A stretch of 64,000 nt of DNA from Chrysomallon squamiferum (Eukaryota > Animalia > Mollusca), in NCBI GenBank assembly GCA_012295275.1, contig CM022665.1, forward strand, positions 41,602,001 through 41,666,000, written 5' to 3'. Shown piece by piece: positions 15,201-29,327 of the stretch. The notes beneath the pieces were generated by a model. The model searched no databases and had not been told where the DNA came from. It worked only from the letters and a program-made list of their open reading frames with translations. Every line of letters begins with the position of its first letter. Within the stretch, counting starts at the first letter, position 1. A program made the translations under genes and the position numbers.

Positions 15201-15378
15201 ATTACCACTGCTGGTATAATATACATCCATTATGTGTTTGTTTACTTTTTTACTTTTTTATTTTTGTAATATTTCAGAAATAAATAAAACTATAGTAATT
15301 TTGTTTATCTTTTCAGCACGTGAAATGACACGAGGAAAATTTCTGAACATACTGCAGAAACCAAAACAGAGAAATTAA
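11667..15378 (+). CDS. LIN52: Protein lin-52 homolog, MuvB/DREAM core subunit (121 aa, 6 exons)
   Basis: Exons 11667-11709, 12481-12549, 13161-13195, 13531-13603, 14071-14154 and 15317-15378 total 366 nt in frame. The translation contains LLSLEKLDRASPDLWPEQIPGVSEF (LxSxExL motif plus the RASP phosphosite) and LQNLAYQLGLEEAREMTRGKFLNIL. Confidence 0.96.
14170..15000. repeat. Degenerate tandem repeat (about 5-6 units of 120-200 bp) with embedded (TAG)n, in LIN52 intron 5
   Basis: The blocks agatacatta / gcactaacttttctg / ggttaccc / gtcctta / ccatcacccaatcc / tagtagt recur in the same order. Confidence 0.7.
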
Positions 15379-17876
15379 TGTAGATATTGTCATTACGTCT
15401 TTTATCTTCAATCTGAATCATGAATGGAACAACAACGTTTGTTTATGTTGTCTTTGATTGTGTTCTTAGTTGAAATGCATTTAGATCAGAGGTGTTCTTT
15501 CAAGGTATATGGATGCACCTTTCATTAATTATAGGTGCTGAAAATAATACAGTGTTCATGGCAGTTGTCAACTTTTCAGCATTCATTGCCATCTGATGTT
15601 GTTCATGTTTCAGCATAGGTAATTCTTGTATCATGGAGCTGAAATTATTTTTAGGAAATTTTGTGAAAAGGCACTCTCATCTACGATCACTGATGCACTG
15701 TTAAAAACTATAACACCATAAATTGTACTATAACCAATCATGTATACTAAGGACAACCATCAGAAAAACTGTTGGGATTGTCCACTGAAACTTTACCGAA
15801 GTATTTGAATTTCTGTGTGATACAATCAGGATTTGTTTAAAAATCTAGGAATTGTATGGTTTTTTTTGCAGTTGTATTTTAATTTTTTTTTTTTTTAAAA
15901 GCTTACTAGTTTACATTTCCTTTACAGATATGTATATATATATATATGCAGTTGTATATGTAAAGATAGGTAACTAGAAATAATAGAACTAAAACAGTTC
16001 ACCCACATTGACGACATTTGACTTGAATATAAATTTATTTTTTGTAATCATTATTAAAAGACTGGATTTGGAGAAATATAAGACAGAATACTATTGTTTC
16101 AAGACAATATGCAGGATTTTTACCTGTGGCTTTGTTCTTAGTCATTTTGAGTTGTTGTTATAACAAAGGCAGCAGCATGTACTTTTTGTGTGTTTTTTCT
16201 TCTCTGCTAAACAGTAACAACCGTATCCCATTTGACAAGACCAGTTAAAACAAGCCACCTGAAATTTCTGTGAATGCCAAACTAGTTCACAATGCCAGAG
16301 GAAGATGCAAACATGCTTAGAATTTGTCACTAACTTTATTTGTTGCATTAATCCTAACCATTTTGAAAATTTCAAGAAGATCACATCTTTGGAAACAGCA
16401 TTTGTAAAGGATTTGTGAAAAATGGTTGAATGAACGTTTGTCAGTGTTTAAGATGATGGCTCTTTCACTGGTTTTACAATAATAAAAAAAAGTTTTATCT
16501 ATAAATGACAAGTTCAGAAATACAGGCAACAAACTAAGGAACAGTTATAGTGATGAAATTAAGAGTTGCTGTCAAACAGCTATGTATTACAACCAGTAAA
16601 CCAGAATCAGCTAAAATATCTAGCAATAAATAAATAAACAAACAAACAAATTGAAATAACTGGAAAAGTATTTTATTATTTCTAATTTTCATTTGTGAAA
16701 TGTTGAGTTTAAAAATGAACAATAATTAACGTGTATCTTAACTTTAACTTAGCAGAAATTTTACATAATTGTGATTGTTTTGATGTTTTTTGTTTGTTGG
16801 CATGTAACAGTTTTTGTTCTTTCTTCGTAATTACAGTATGTTTGCATATAGTAATATACATATACACACATTATAGTTTTATTTGATTACTGTTGTATTT
16901 CAATAATTGTGTCTTTTATAAAAACATTATTATCCAAGAAAGATTAAGGTGGAATCCATCGAACATTTTTGTTTCCACGATCATGGATGTGAAAATTATT
17001 ATCTTACAGTATCCATCTTTTTCTGTGTATATGTTTTGGTAATTATTGATTTATTTTTAAAATGAATCTTTATTTTAATGTTACATTGTGAGGTTTATTT
17101 ATTTATTTATTTATTTATTTACTCTTTTCAAAATACCTAATAGAAACTGCTTTATTTGTTCACATTATTTTTATTTATTTTTTTATAAATTCTTTATCAA
17201 ATTGTACTAATAGAAATTTCTATGCAGTGTAATTATTTCTTTTCCATAATTTGTTCTTCTTTATCTCATTCTTTCATTCTCTCATCCACTCTTTCTTTGC
17301 ATCTGTCTCACAATTAATGTACATAAATATTTAGTATTTTTCAATATTTCTTTTTTTCAATCACACTTCCACAAATTTTATGAATCACCTGATTTTATTT
17401 TATATGCTCCTTTTCTTAGCATATCATAGGTCTTTAAGAATCAGTTTATGATGTTGGATTGGAGAACACTGTATGTGTGGGGAAACGATTAACAGTAGAT
17501 GGCCCAATGACTTTTAAAAGTGGAAATGCAGAATTAGTCTAAAAATATTCTGCTTCTGAATGTTGTTTTATTTTTGTTTATCTTTTACCTCCCAATCATA
17601 CAAATAATGAAATAAACAACAAGAGTTCAGTTAAAAATTTTCTGGGTACCATGTTGATGTCATCATGTACAGGGCTGATTCATTTTTGCTATAAAATTTT
17701 ATTTTAAATATACATCTGTCACATGACTTCAGATGTAAAATGATGGTTTTGAACATTTTGGAACAGTATTGTTTTATTGTCATACACTTACAAGATTACC
17801 CCAGACAATAAAAATAACAGAATAAAGAATTTTATTTGGCCATTTAAAAATAAAGCTACAGGTACATTTTTAACCT

Positions 17877-17927
<51 letters not shown>

Positions 17928-18939
17928 TTATTATATATTTTTTTTTTAAAATAACCCCAAACTGTGGAACTAAGATATGAAATCTATACAGTTGCTGGTG
18001 TATGTAACTTAACTTCCTACTATCTAATATCAGTCTTTGGTATTTCTATGGGCTATGTTGGGTGGATATAAACCAGTACCAGAAAATCGGGGCATGCAGT
18101 AAATTTACTTGACTACGGAAAAACTGGTACTTAACTAATCATGTGCAGAAATTGTGAAATATATTTTATAAATGAACAAAATATAGAAACATTATTGTAA
18201 AACTTTAAAGTTACCTTTGATTGATTGTACGTGCTGGTGAGAACTAATAAAAGAAACATTGTAAACTTTGAATATGTATTTTCTGGTACACGTGTACCTG
18301 TCACCAGTTTTACTGTAGGTATTTTTTTTTTATATATATATATATTTCTTTTTTATTAATTTTATTCAGATTCTTTATGTAGATATCAAGAATATTAATA
18401 AAAGTGTTTCAAATACCACTGTTTTGTTTTTTTCTGTTTTAAGTTTGCCCAAATGAATTAACTTTTTAAAATTTCATTCCCCCCACCAGGGGAAAAAAAC
18501 TAACATATATACAATATTCAGTGTTATATTTAAAATTTAACAACCAATAACCATCAATTTTTGATTTTATTGAGGAGTTAATTATTTGTTTTTAAAAAAA
18601 CACGTTTTTCAACGTAGAAATGATTTATTTTCAACAACAAATATCAAATTCATAGTTAATATTTCAATATAATGTGTAAACACAATACACTGCTAAGACA
18701 ATAACATTTAATAAACGGCACAAAATTTTATGAATGACCTAAACCCTCAAATACATGGCCTATATGCATTACAGTACTATGCAGGTTGTATGAATTCTAT
18801 TCATATGTATGCAGTTTTGATAAGGTGAATTTCACAACTGCAACAAAAATTCATTCTGTCAGACTTGTGTAATTTAAAATGTGTTTCACCTTCTATGGTT
18901 ATGGGAAAAAAAAAAAAAAAAAAAAATTAATTGAAAGTG

Positions 18940-19680
18940 ATGCAGAAGTTCTTCAGCCATAGGTCTGTATGATGTGCGTAGTGGTGTAGTCAAGTATTTG
19001 GCTTGTCCTTGCTTTCACCTTCAGCTGCCCCATAACCTAATGGTGAAAAGGTGGGCTGAGACATGCAAGACCCACCCTTCTGGTACATAACCTCTCCACA
19101 GACAAAAGACTTCCTCAGTGACTCCCAAGGTACCTGGACCCTTTCAGACCTAGGCTAGACTGAGAGGGGGGGGATCTCAATCATCCCAAGCCCCAGAGAT
19201 GTGTACCTGACCTTTCAAAATACGGATATCCTCTGACATGCAGTAATCCAGCTCCAATAATGGAGCTCTAGACAGAATATGTAACTTATGGAAGATAATC
19301 TAGGAGACAGACACTCTTAAAATCAAACCATGGTGTAGGCAGAGCTGACAAGCCCAGTAAAACAATCTGCATGTAAGGACAACTCAGATTATAAATCATC
19401 TGCATGGAAGGAACCATTCTTGGAGAGCTGGCTATACCAACCACCGAAGACAAAAGACAGCCAGTTTGGCATGGACAAAAAAAAAATATAATTGGATGTT
19501 TAAGCACTTGCAATCATACAGCTGTGTACGTATCAGTAGAAAGATATGGTTTCATCCAGTTTGATTGCAACCAGGCTAAGATGAGACTGGGCTCTTGGTC
19601 CTCAAAAGGTCCCAAACCTGTTAAATATCAAAATGTGGGAACCTCCCAATAACTTCCAGAAGATAACACATTTCGATGTC
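18940..19680 (-). mobile_element. Possible highly decayed retroelement (RT-like) fragment
   Basis: GC-richer island between LIN52 and the kinase. The minus-strand ORF 19286-19513 ends VLLGLSALPTPWF...LLDYL, which weakly echoes the RT motifs LPFGLxxAP and YLDD. Weak resemblance only. Confidence 0.25.
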
Positions 19681-20586
19681 AAATCCAAATTATTGATCTA
19701 ATATGGCCAAATCTGGATTGAATGCAGAAGAAGAATTAAATGAAAAGGAATTGATATTTTTATAAATAAATAAATAGGTGATAATATTTTTTAAATGTTT
19801 TTTTTTTTCATTTTTTAAAATTATCTATATATATATATAAAATTAACATAATTAAATGCAGATGCATAAAACCATTAAAAAAAAAAAAAAAAACCCACCT
19901 TAATATGCACAATGGTTTTAAAATTTACAGATGGTGTTCAAGTATAATTTCAGTAAAATATTTCAAGTAAGTAAATAAATTTAAAACAATCAAATATATA
20001 GAGTAACAAATAAACAAGATGTGCTAATGCAAATCTGATATAGTTAGATGACTACTGGAACAGATTTTGAACATGTATTTAAAAAAAAAAAAGAAAAAAA
20101 AAAGGAAATCTGTATGAAAGACTGTCTGTCCTATAGTGCAGTTCATTAGGTTTGCATGCTTTTTTATTTACAATTCTATGTTCAAATTGTCATAAATCAA
20201 GGAAATACAATGTCTCCATGAATCTCCATCAATTGTAAAGTGATACTCTCACACTTTCATACTTTATTACTAGAAAAGGTTGGGGTCTAGTAACTATTAA
20301 ACAAATTACCTGGAAATAATAATGATGTCTGTATAGATGTAGACTTTGATAATGTATCTGGAAGAGGACACATAGTACCCATTATTTACTTCCAAACACA
20401 TCAGTAAACAGTATTTTACTTGCAGTCAGAAAAAACGTCTTGTTTTAACTCGCAGGCTTTCTGAACCAACTCATTACAAATGTTTTTTTTTCTCCTGGTG
20501 TATTTTAATTCTGAATATTTGTCTTTTTTCTTCAGTGTATCCATAGTGTTAGTTCACTGTCAGACACACATAGGCAGAGCAAATCA

Positions 20587-23500
20587 TTAAAACTGCAGCA
20601 AAATGATATCCTGTAACAACAAATACAGAAAATTGTAATTTATTCATTACAGTTCTTATTATTACTTATTTGAATATAAACATTGAGCATAAACAACATT
20701 TCTCTGTGATTTTCACATGTATAATTTAAAAAAAAAAATGTAATTTTTTTTATTTTTTTATTTTTTTAAAGTAAAGAATGTTAAAAATAGGAATGATGCA
20801 ACTCTTACTTCATCATCACTGACTTGTGAAACTGGTTATATACAAAATGTTATTTATATACAAAACAGTTATTGTATTAATATAGTCACAAAAAAAATAA
20901 TGTAAGTTCAAATAAGCAAACATGTATTCTAAACCATAAATTAATATACAGATATTAACATTACTTATTTGAAAATAAATTAGAAAAAAAAAAAAAAAAA
21001 AAAAATATGTGTCTATATAAAACCATTTCTACATGCAGATTTTATTTGAGATATGTGAAAATATATACATTTTGTTATATATATATATTAAGGATATCAG
21101 TGATAAAACTCACTTCACAGTCATCACTGTCTAGTAAAATTGAAGTGTGCTGATTTGATCTTTTTGCCGCCTGCAATCAAAGAAAAAAGTTGTTTATATG
21201 AAACTCTTACTGTAATATTATTACTGAAATGTGTCAGAATAATCTAAATTCAAATAAACTGATATTCTAGGATGACCAATATAGAAACTAAAATTAATAT
21301 ACTGTTGTTAACACTACCTGCTTGAAAATAAACATAAAACACTGGAAAAAAATAAATTATATTTTACATGTAAATTTTGACTGAGATATAAAAAAAATTT
21401 TTTTTTGAAAAATAATGTTAAAAATAAGATGATAAAACTTACTTCATTATCATGGTTTTTTGAAACTGCAGTGTTTTGACATGATTTTCTTGTGACCTGC
21501 AATCAAAGCAAAATGTTATTTATACAGAAAAGCTGATGAAATGTCAGATGGCTTTTCACAAGAGTAGTCTAAATTCAGATTAAATAAATATCTACGTCAT
21601 GCTATTTATATTTGATAAAAGTCAGACACTCACATATACAGAAAATGTCAGATTCACAGTAATACTCTATATTGTTTTATCCCATTAAAAAAAAAGAAAA
21701 AAAAAAAGAAAGAATTATATATATATATATAACAGTTTTCTTTTTTTTTTCTTCTTCTTTTTTTTAATGGTATAAATATAAAACACTATATATATATATT
21801 ATTTTTTTTTTTTAAAGTGATGAACAATCCAGAATTAAATGTGTACATTACCTTTTGATGGGACACTTTTATTTCATTCTTAAACTGCTCTTCCTTTTCC
21901 TTTTCTTCAGTAACCTTTCTATGAACTTGCTTTACAACCTTTTTATTCCTGGAATGTGTGTATCTACAAGAAATGTCTCCAGAAACTACTTCAGTCTCAA
22001 CAAATGTCTGCTGATGTGCTGTTTTCACTTCACTACAAACAGTTGGCAATTTCACTGCATCATTTTGTGAGTGATTTTCTCCAGTTATTGAAACTCTGTT
22101 TCTTTTCTGTAGCTGAACTCTACACTCTTTCAACATTCTTTTAAAAGTTTCAGTAGAAATAGCTGAAGAATCTCGACGATTGTTAGGTGAATCTGAAATT
22201 TTATCATCCTTGGATTGTTGTAGCTGCTTTTTCTTTTGTTTACTTGGAATTTGAACAGGTTCTGGTTGAATTAGTTTATCTTCTAGCCGTGAACTGTTTA
22301 ATCTGTTTTGTACATCCACACCCAGTTCACCGGTATTTGTCTGGATGCTTTTTTGATTCGTACACTGTTCTGAAATATTTGTTGCGGTTGTTTTTTGAGG
22401 TGCATGTGGTTCTGGTCTTTCCATCATCCTTGTGCTGGGCAAATATCTAACAGGTGAAATATCTTTCATGTTGTTGTATTTTCTGAAAGCTCTGTCTAGT
22501 TCACGACGATTAGTTTCCAAAATTTCCACTTGTCTTTTTCTGGTCAGTTTAACTGCTGAGCTGTTATTTCTGTTAGTCTGTCGACGTACATTCTGAGAAC
22601 CTCCGACACATTTAGAATCCGTTATAGAAGACTTTTTTCTGGGTGTCTTTTCGGATTTTTTCTTTTTCTTTGTGTCCTTTCCAGTTTTGTCTGGAGTTAT
22701 GATGATTTCATAAGGGTCATAATCTTTCTCAGTTCTGTTTGATGCAATTTCTGTCTGGGTATCCAACGATTCTTGACTGCTTACCTTCTTCTTCATCCGA
22801 AGTTTACAATTTCTTGCCGACGTGCTCCTGCATTTTTTATCTGTTAAAGCTCTTGTGAAAAGTAATTTTCTTTTTGCAGTTTTGGTCACAGAGAAATATC
22901 GCCTGTTATTTGGAACCAGCTCGTCGTAATTCCTTGATTTCATGATTTGATATCTCTGGTTTTGATTAACATGAGATCTGCATTTGTTATTACAGTCCAC
23001 TGGCTGTTTATTTTCAACTAAGGATTTCACAGTGTTATTGGCAGAGGCTTCCTTAACAGGCTCCATCTTCCTAGCTGGATTACTAATACATGGTGAAATG
23101 ATGTTAGGTTTACTGTTCACCCTTGATGGAGACTTATGTGCTGTAGAACTTTTTTCAGAATATTTATTCTGCAGCTGTGCTTTACTGATTACTGAACCAT
23201 CATCACAACATTCATGCTGTTCTGGATTATCATCCAAATCATTATCTGAGCTACCTGATGCATACTCACAAAGAAAATGTGAATTACTGTTATTTTTTCT
23301 CTTCTTATTTTCTGGCCAACTCAAATTTGATTGATGCCTTTTTCTTTTCATCTGTGTTTTAAAATCAGTTCTTTCATGACTTTCTTTCACTTCCATCATG
23401 TCCTCTACTCTATCCTGTTCTTGAGAAATCATTGACATTATGTTCTTCAGCCTGGCAGCATCAGAAGACATGTCTGAAGTTGACCTAGCTGATTTGACTG

Positions 23501-26500
23501 CGGTATATTCAGAATGAAGTTCCAAATTTTCAGGTTTAGTTTTTTCTGTTGCCAGTGAGTTAATTCTTTCTGAATTTTGGTCCACAGGTTTCATTTTCTT
23601 AGTCTCAGATCCAGGAGGTTTCATATCTTCTTGTGATTCTGAGGATTTTAAGTCTTTCATCTGTTCACATTTTGCTAACATGGGTTTAATTTTCACTGGT
23701 ACAGACATCAAATTTTTCATTTTGTCAGTATGAGGTACTGAGGGTTTCAATTTCTCTTCATCAGCATTTGATGCCAAGGGTGATGCCATATTTTCTACAC
23801 CATCTGTTTCTGAACTATTTTCTTCAGAATGGCTTGCTTGGTTCATTGGAATCAATTTCTATGGTTATCTGATGTTCAATCAGTGCAGGACCAGATTGTG
23901 TTGCTAACTGAACATTTTGTCCACTGCTTTGAGGACTTTGTTTTTCACTAGAATTTAGTTCAAATGGACACACTTTAGCTATTTTACTGTTGGATTCATT
24001 TGACCGAGTGCCCATTTTAAGCAGGTCAAACGTTGATGGATTCTGACGTTTCAGTTCTGCTAGTATTTTTGGAGATAATTTGTATGATCTTGGATTTATA
24101 TCAATACAGTTAGGCAAAGCAAATGCTGTGGAATATAAAAGCATAAACATTATTATTGTATGGTGAAGGTTTTAAATTGAAAATGCATTGTAGATTATTT
24201 CCTGAACTGCTTGCTTTCATGGTATCATACTGTTGCTTTTCCAAGACATGCAAAATATGGAAATATTATATGCCTTGCTGATCAAATATAAATATGTTTT
24301 TTAAAAATTTGCAGTTTTAATTTGAATTATAGAAAATTATCTTTTATGATTATGATTATGATTTAATAGTTTTTGTTTTAATAACTGGTAAATTATTAAT
24401 GTATACAATTTTTCAGGCAAACCACTACAAACTAGAAAAAAAAAAATTGTGATGCCTACAAAACAATCAAATTATTTAAATCTTTCTGTATTAAGAGTGT
24501 AAATTGAGAATATTTATTATGTTTCCAAATAACAATATTATCAAACTGCAATGTTTAGATTAGGTATCTTTAACAGTTGTGTCATCAAAAGTATTTTAAC
24601 AAAAAAAAAAAACCATTAAAAATGTTACACATATTTTCATTATGTATATATATTTTTTTTTAATCTTAAATATTCAGAATAACAAACATCAAAGTATCTT
24701 CATGGAATAATAACAATGACAATAAAAAATTAAAGATGAATATTTAAATTAGGGATAAAAAAATTTCTCATCTGAAATATAAAGCTCTAAATAACAGTTA
24801 AGTTAAACATGCATTTACAACATTTTCAATTTTTTACTTCCTTTTTTTTTTTTTACAATATTATTATTTTTTTTTATATATATATATCTACTCATTTTCT
24901 TAAATAAGACTATAGTTACAGACTGAACAAGACTTAAAGAATTCAAGCTAGTGTACTGACCTTCAATTTAGTACATTTTACTCGATTTTAAAGAAAATAA
25001 TCTAACTTACTGTTATTGTCTGGTATGAAGTTGTCAAGTGAAAACTCTGGAGCAAGAAATGAATGACGTAAAGGCTTGTGATGGAGTCAGTCTTTCATCT
25101 ACAATTAAAAAACAATGTTTTCACATTCCAAAGAAAAGCATTTTAGTCATAAAAACACAATATGATTTAAATTCCAATTCTTGATTTGTGAATGATGAAA
25201 TGTTAGGACCTGCTTTAATCCTTTAAAATGAAAATCTAATTATTCTGCATGGCATGTTTGTTTTTGACTGAAGACAGATTAACAAAATTATCACAAGAAA
25301 TTAATACATTTTTGAAAGATAAATTTAATACCCCCCACTTATTATTTTTTTTAAAACCACACTAAAAATGAGGCCACGAAAAAGTACATATAAATAACTT
25401 TTGATTTAACATACAACATGGTTAGAAAGATTGAAGAACAACTAAAAACATTGAAGCCATTTTTTGAAAAAAAAAAGAGACACTATTTTAAAGATCTTTA
25501 CCCCACATTTTACAAAGAACTGGTTTTACATGTATTTGTTTCTTTATGGTGGGTTTTATAGAAGGGATTTGGGAGTGAAGGGAAATGGACAAAATTTGAA
25601 CTTTTAACAGCTTCGACCAATTATATCAGCTAGGCTGCCGGTACCTAGAATAATAATAAAAAAAAAAAAAAAAAAAAAAAGGGAGAAAAAGAAAATAAAG
25701 AAAACCTCATCACAACCAAATAAAAATACAACAAACAAAAAGGAAAAAATTAACAACTAACTGTTATAAATGTATTAAATTATAATATTTCAGTAAATAA
25801 TTATTATAATAAAACTGGTAAAAAAACAAAGCCAAACTAAATCTTGTATCAAGTCAAAACTAAATCCAAACATGTTGATCCTTTTAGCAATTAATAAATT
25901 CATCAGTCTATGCATTTACCCTACAGGCAAATAAATTACTTTATCATTCAATGAATACACCTAAGTGTGGTATAAATATCATATTACCTGGATCATATCT
26001 TAACAGTTCAGCCAGAAAATTAGCAAAAGCATAGTTTCTGCTGCCTCTCAAACGCTGCATTATATACATTGTAGCTGAAATATAAAATTAAATATACATA
26101 ATAACATCTTTACTTTACACATGAAAATATAAGCAGTTTAAAAAATCTTTTAATAATATCAGTAAAAATATTTACCATCAGGTTGTGCATTTCTTGATGT
26201 TACTGACTGATATTTCTCGAAAAACTTTCCTCGTCGGAAAATGCTAGCGGGAAACCAACCCAGAAGTTCTGTCATCTGTAAAAGCCATTATTATATAAAA
26301 CCAAGTAACTACACACATTATAGCTTCTTTTTATTACCAAAACCAGTGGATATAAAATCCATCTAATTAATTGTTGTCCTCACCAGCCGGAACTACTCTT
26401 TCAAGCCACGTGACGTTCATTCACTCGCCACACTGTTTATGTGTCGAGACGCCACAGTTGTGTATCGTCAATTTTCTTTAGGTTTTTAATTTTAAAATGT

Positions 26501-26703
26501 TTAAGCCTAATTATTTACATATTTAGATGCCTTGGTACCAGAAAACCAGAAAATCCAGAAATCTGGAAAGCCTCAGGCCCCAAGGAGTCTGGATATTTTG
26601 GTATGGTACCTGTATGCCAAAAACTCAATATACAGCTCAAACGTACATATGCACAATTTCTAATACAATAACAGAATGGATTACAACTCACATGCATAGT
26701 TAT

Positions 26704-26735
<32 letters not shown>

Positions 26736-27736
26736 CATACAACAGGTATAAATGAGTCTTCCATGGATATTATTAAATTTTTATACATATTTGATGAATA
26801 TAATATAAACTTACACTGTGTAAAATTTCATCTTTGTTAGTTCCACAAAACAAACTCTCGCCGAGATAGAGTTCTGCCAACACACAACCCAGAGACCACA
26901 TATCAACTTCCGTGCCAAAAGGAATTCCAAACATGACCTGAAAAAAAAAAAAAAAAGTTTTATTAATATTTACCATCTTCTGCAAGATGTTTAAATTGAC
27001 CATTACAAGAAACTTTACTTAAAATCAATCAATCAGTCCATCATTTGGAATCTATTTAAAACTATGATAGGTTTCCAGCATGTTACTCTCTGTGACAAAC
27101 CAGTTATAAGATACAGACTGGAATGGGAACAAAGCCAAATAGGCTTACAGATAAGAATTTAATTCATTACAGAAAATCCTAAAATAAATTAAATACACCA
27201 TTTGAATTACATACACACAAACATATACACAGAGACAGATGTATATATTTTTTGTGGGGAGGAAGGCAAACGTAATTTACAAAATATAATAATACATTTC
27301 ACAAATATGAACTCATTATTCTGAAATACATATAAATACTGATATACACATCCACTGAAATTGACAACAATAAAGAAAACAAATAAACCAAAAAATACTC
27401 TATTTTTTAAGCACAATTTTAAACATTAAATTAATTATAAGACAGCTATACAGATGCAGTGAAATAATTGTATCCCCCTAAAAAATAAAAATAAAAACAA
27501 AACACAATAAATAAAAAAACAAATAAATAAAAAATAAAAAATATAAAATTTAAAATTTAAAATCACCTCTGGTGCTCTGTACAGCAAAGTCTGCACCTCA
27601 AAGTCATGGTAGTACAGGGACACCTCTTTGAGTGTGTGATGAATGGAATTTCCAAAATCTATCACCTTTAGTGAACTCAGATCATTAACTGAAATCACAA
27701 CATACTTTTATTATAACAGAGTAACTTTTTAAGTTT

Positions 27737-27790
<54 letters not shown>

Positions 27791-29283
27791 TATCAAAATA
27801 ATACAAGTGGTAATAATAATAATAATTGTAATAATGATAATGATAATGATAATAATAAAAACTGGATCAACATAAATTAAACACCCCCAGAGAATTCTTA
27901 TCTTTATTAAACACCAGCAAAAAAAGAATAATAATTAATCAAAAAAAAAAAAAAAAAGCTTACAGAATATAAATTTGTTTTATACCTGTAGTCTTAACCT
28001 CCTCAAAGGCACAGATTCTGATAATTATGTAGTCATTTGAATTTCAATTCTATTTGCAGTTAATGTCTCCTGTTATAACCGGTCAATTTTAAAATTATTT
28101 TTGAAAAATTCCTACACAAAACAATTATCTGTTTCCTTCTTTATTTATTTTTGTATGTATTTTTCTCTGATAAAATACTGAACACAAATAACAACAACAA
28201 TAACAGAACTAACCGTTCTGGAGAAGAATGTTTTCTGGTTTGATGTCTGCATGTATTGTGTTATGTCTTTGAAGAAATCCGAGAACTTTCAGCAACTGGA
28301 AAGCAACTTTTCTGATATTCTTTATGAGCTGTGACAGGGGGAAAAAAAAAAAAAATAATAAAAAATAATAAAATAAAATAAAATAAAATAACCTATAAAT
28401 TAATAATGAAAAATGTATTTAAAAAAAAAAAATAGAGATTAAAAACCCTAGAAAATCAATAAAAATGTACAAAATATATTAGTCATTTAACTAGTTAAAT
28501 TTCTTTAAAACATGACTTATTCTTAACAGAACAGTAATTATGGTTAAAAATAACCAACTAAATAAAAAATAAAAAAAAATTGTATTGTAATTAAAAGAAA
28601 TAGCTACAAATATAGAAATAAACAGTAGTCATATTCAACTGTTTGTTTTACAGGATGCATTATATCAAACCTCAACAAAAATTTTATGGTTTAAAAACTA
28701 AGGGAATACAAATATATGGTTTAATAAAATTCTTCACACACCCATGTTGCTATTTTATTATTTAGAACATAACTCAAAAAAGAAAAATACAGTGATAAAA
28801 AATAAATACTGTTACAAAAAACCTTCATAAAACAACAGTCTAATATTTGTTATCTTTTAACATTAGAGAAATGTCAGCCCAAATGGGACTGTCAGGTATG
28901 CTCTTTTATTATAACTACAGAAAAACTGTGTTGACTAGATTTTTAAAACTGTTTACTTTTCTTGTTATACTTTGTTATTAAGATATTACATCAAGAAATA
29001 CATTTTACATGGAAGGATATGAGCAGTAAAAATTATTATGTTTTTAATCTATTTGAAAGAATTCTCTCACATTAACACTCGCACTGTGACCTAGCTATGT
29101 ACTTCAGTTATCACTGATCTGCAGACTTGGTACTTAATACCTTCAATAACTAAGTGATTATAAAACAAATGTATGGTGATATACCTGGCTATTTGGCAGA
29201 TTGAAATCTTCAAACACATCAGTTATTGGGGTGGGGTGAAGAAACTCAAACACCAAACATAAGTGTCCATTAAAGGTAAAAGT

Positions 29284-29327
<44 letters not shown>

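Noticed and set aside
21786-23855. 689-aa ORF as a stand-alone gene
   Set aside because: It starts at TTG, is bounded by splice sites and is phase-compatible with the kinase exons.
23824-25098. Programmed ribosomal frameshifting in the kinase
   Set aside because: No slippery heptamer or stimulatory structure is evident. Homopolymer sequencing error is the simpler explanation.
26380-26620. Possible MITE in a kinase intron
   Set aside because: Only one terminus-like end (…cctgta) is visible, with no matching TIR.
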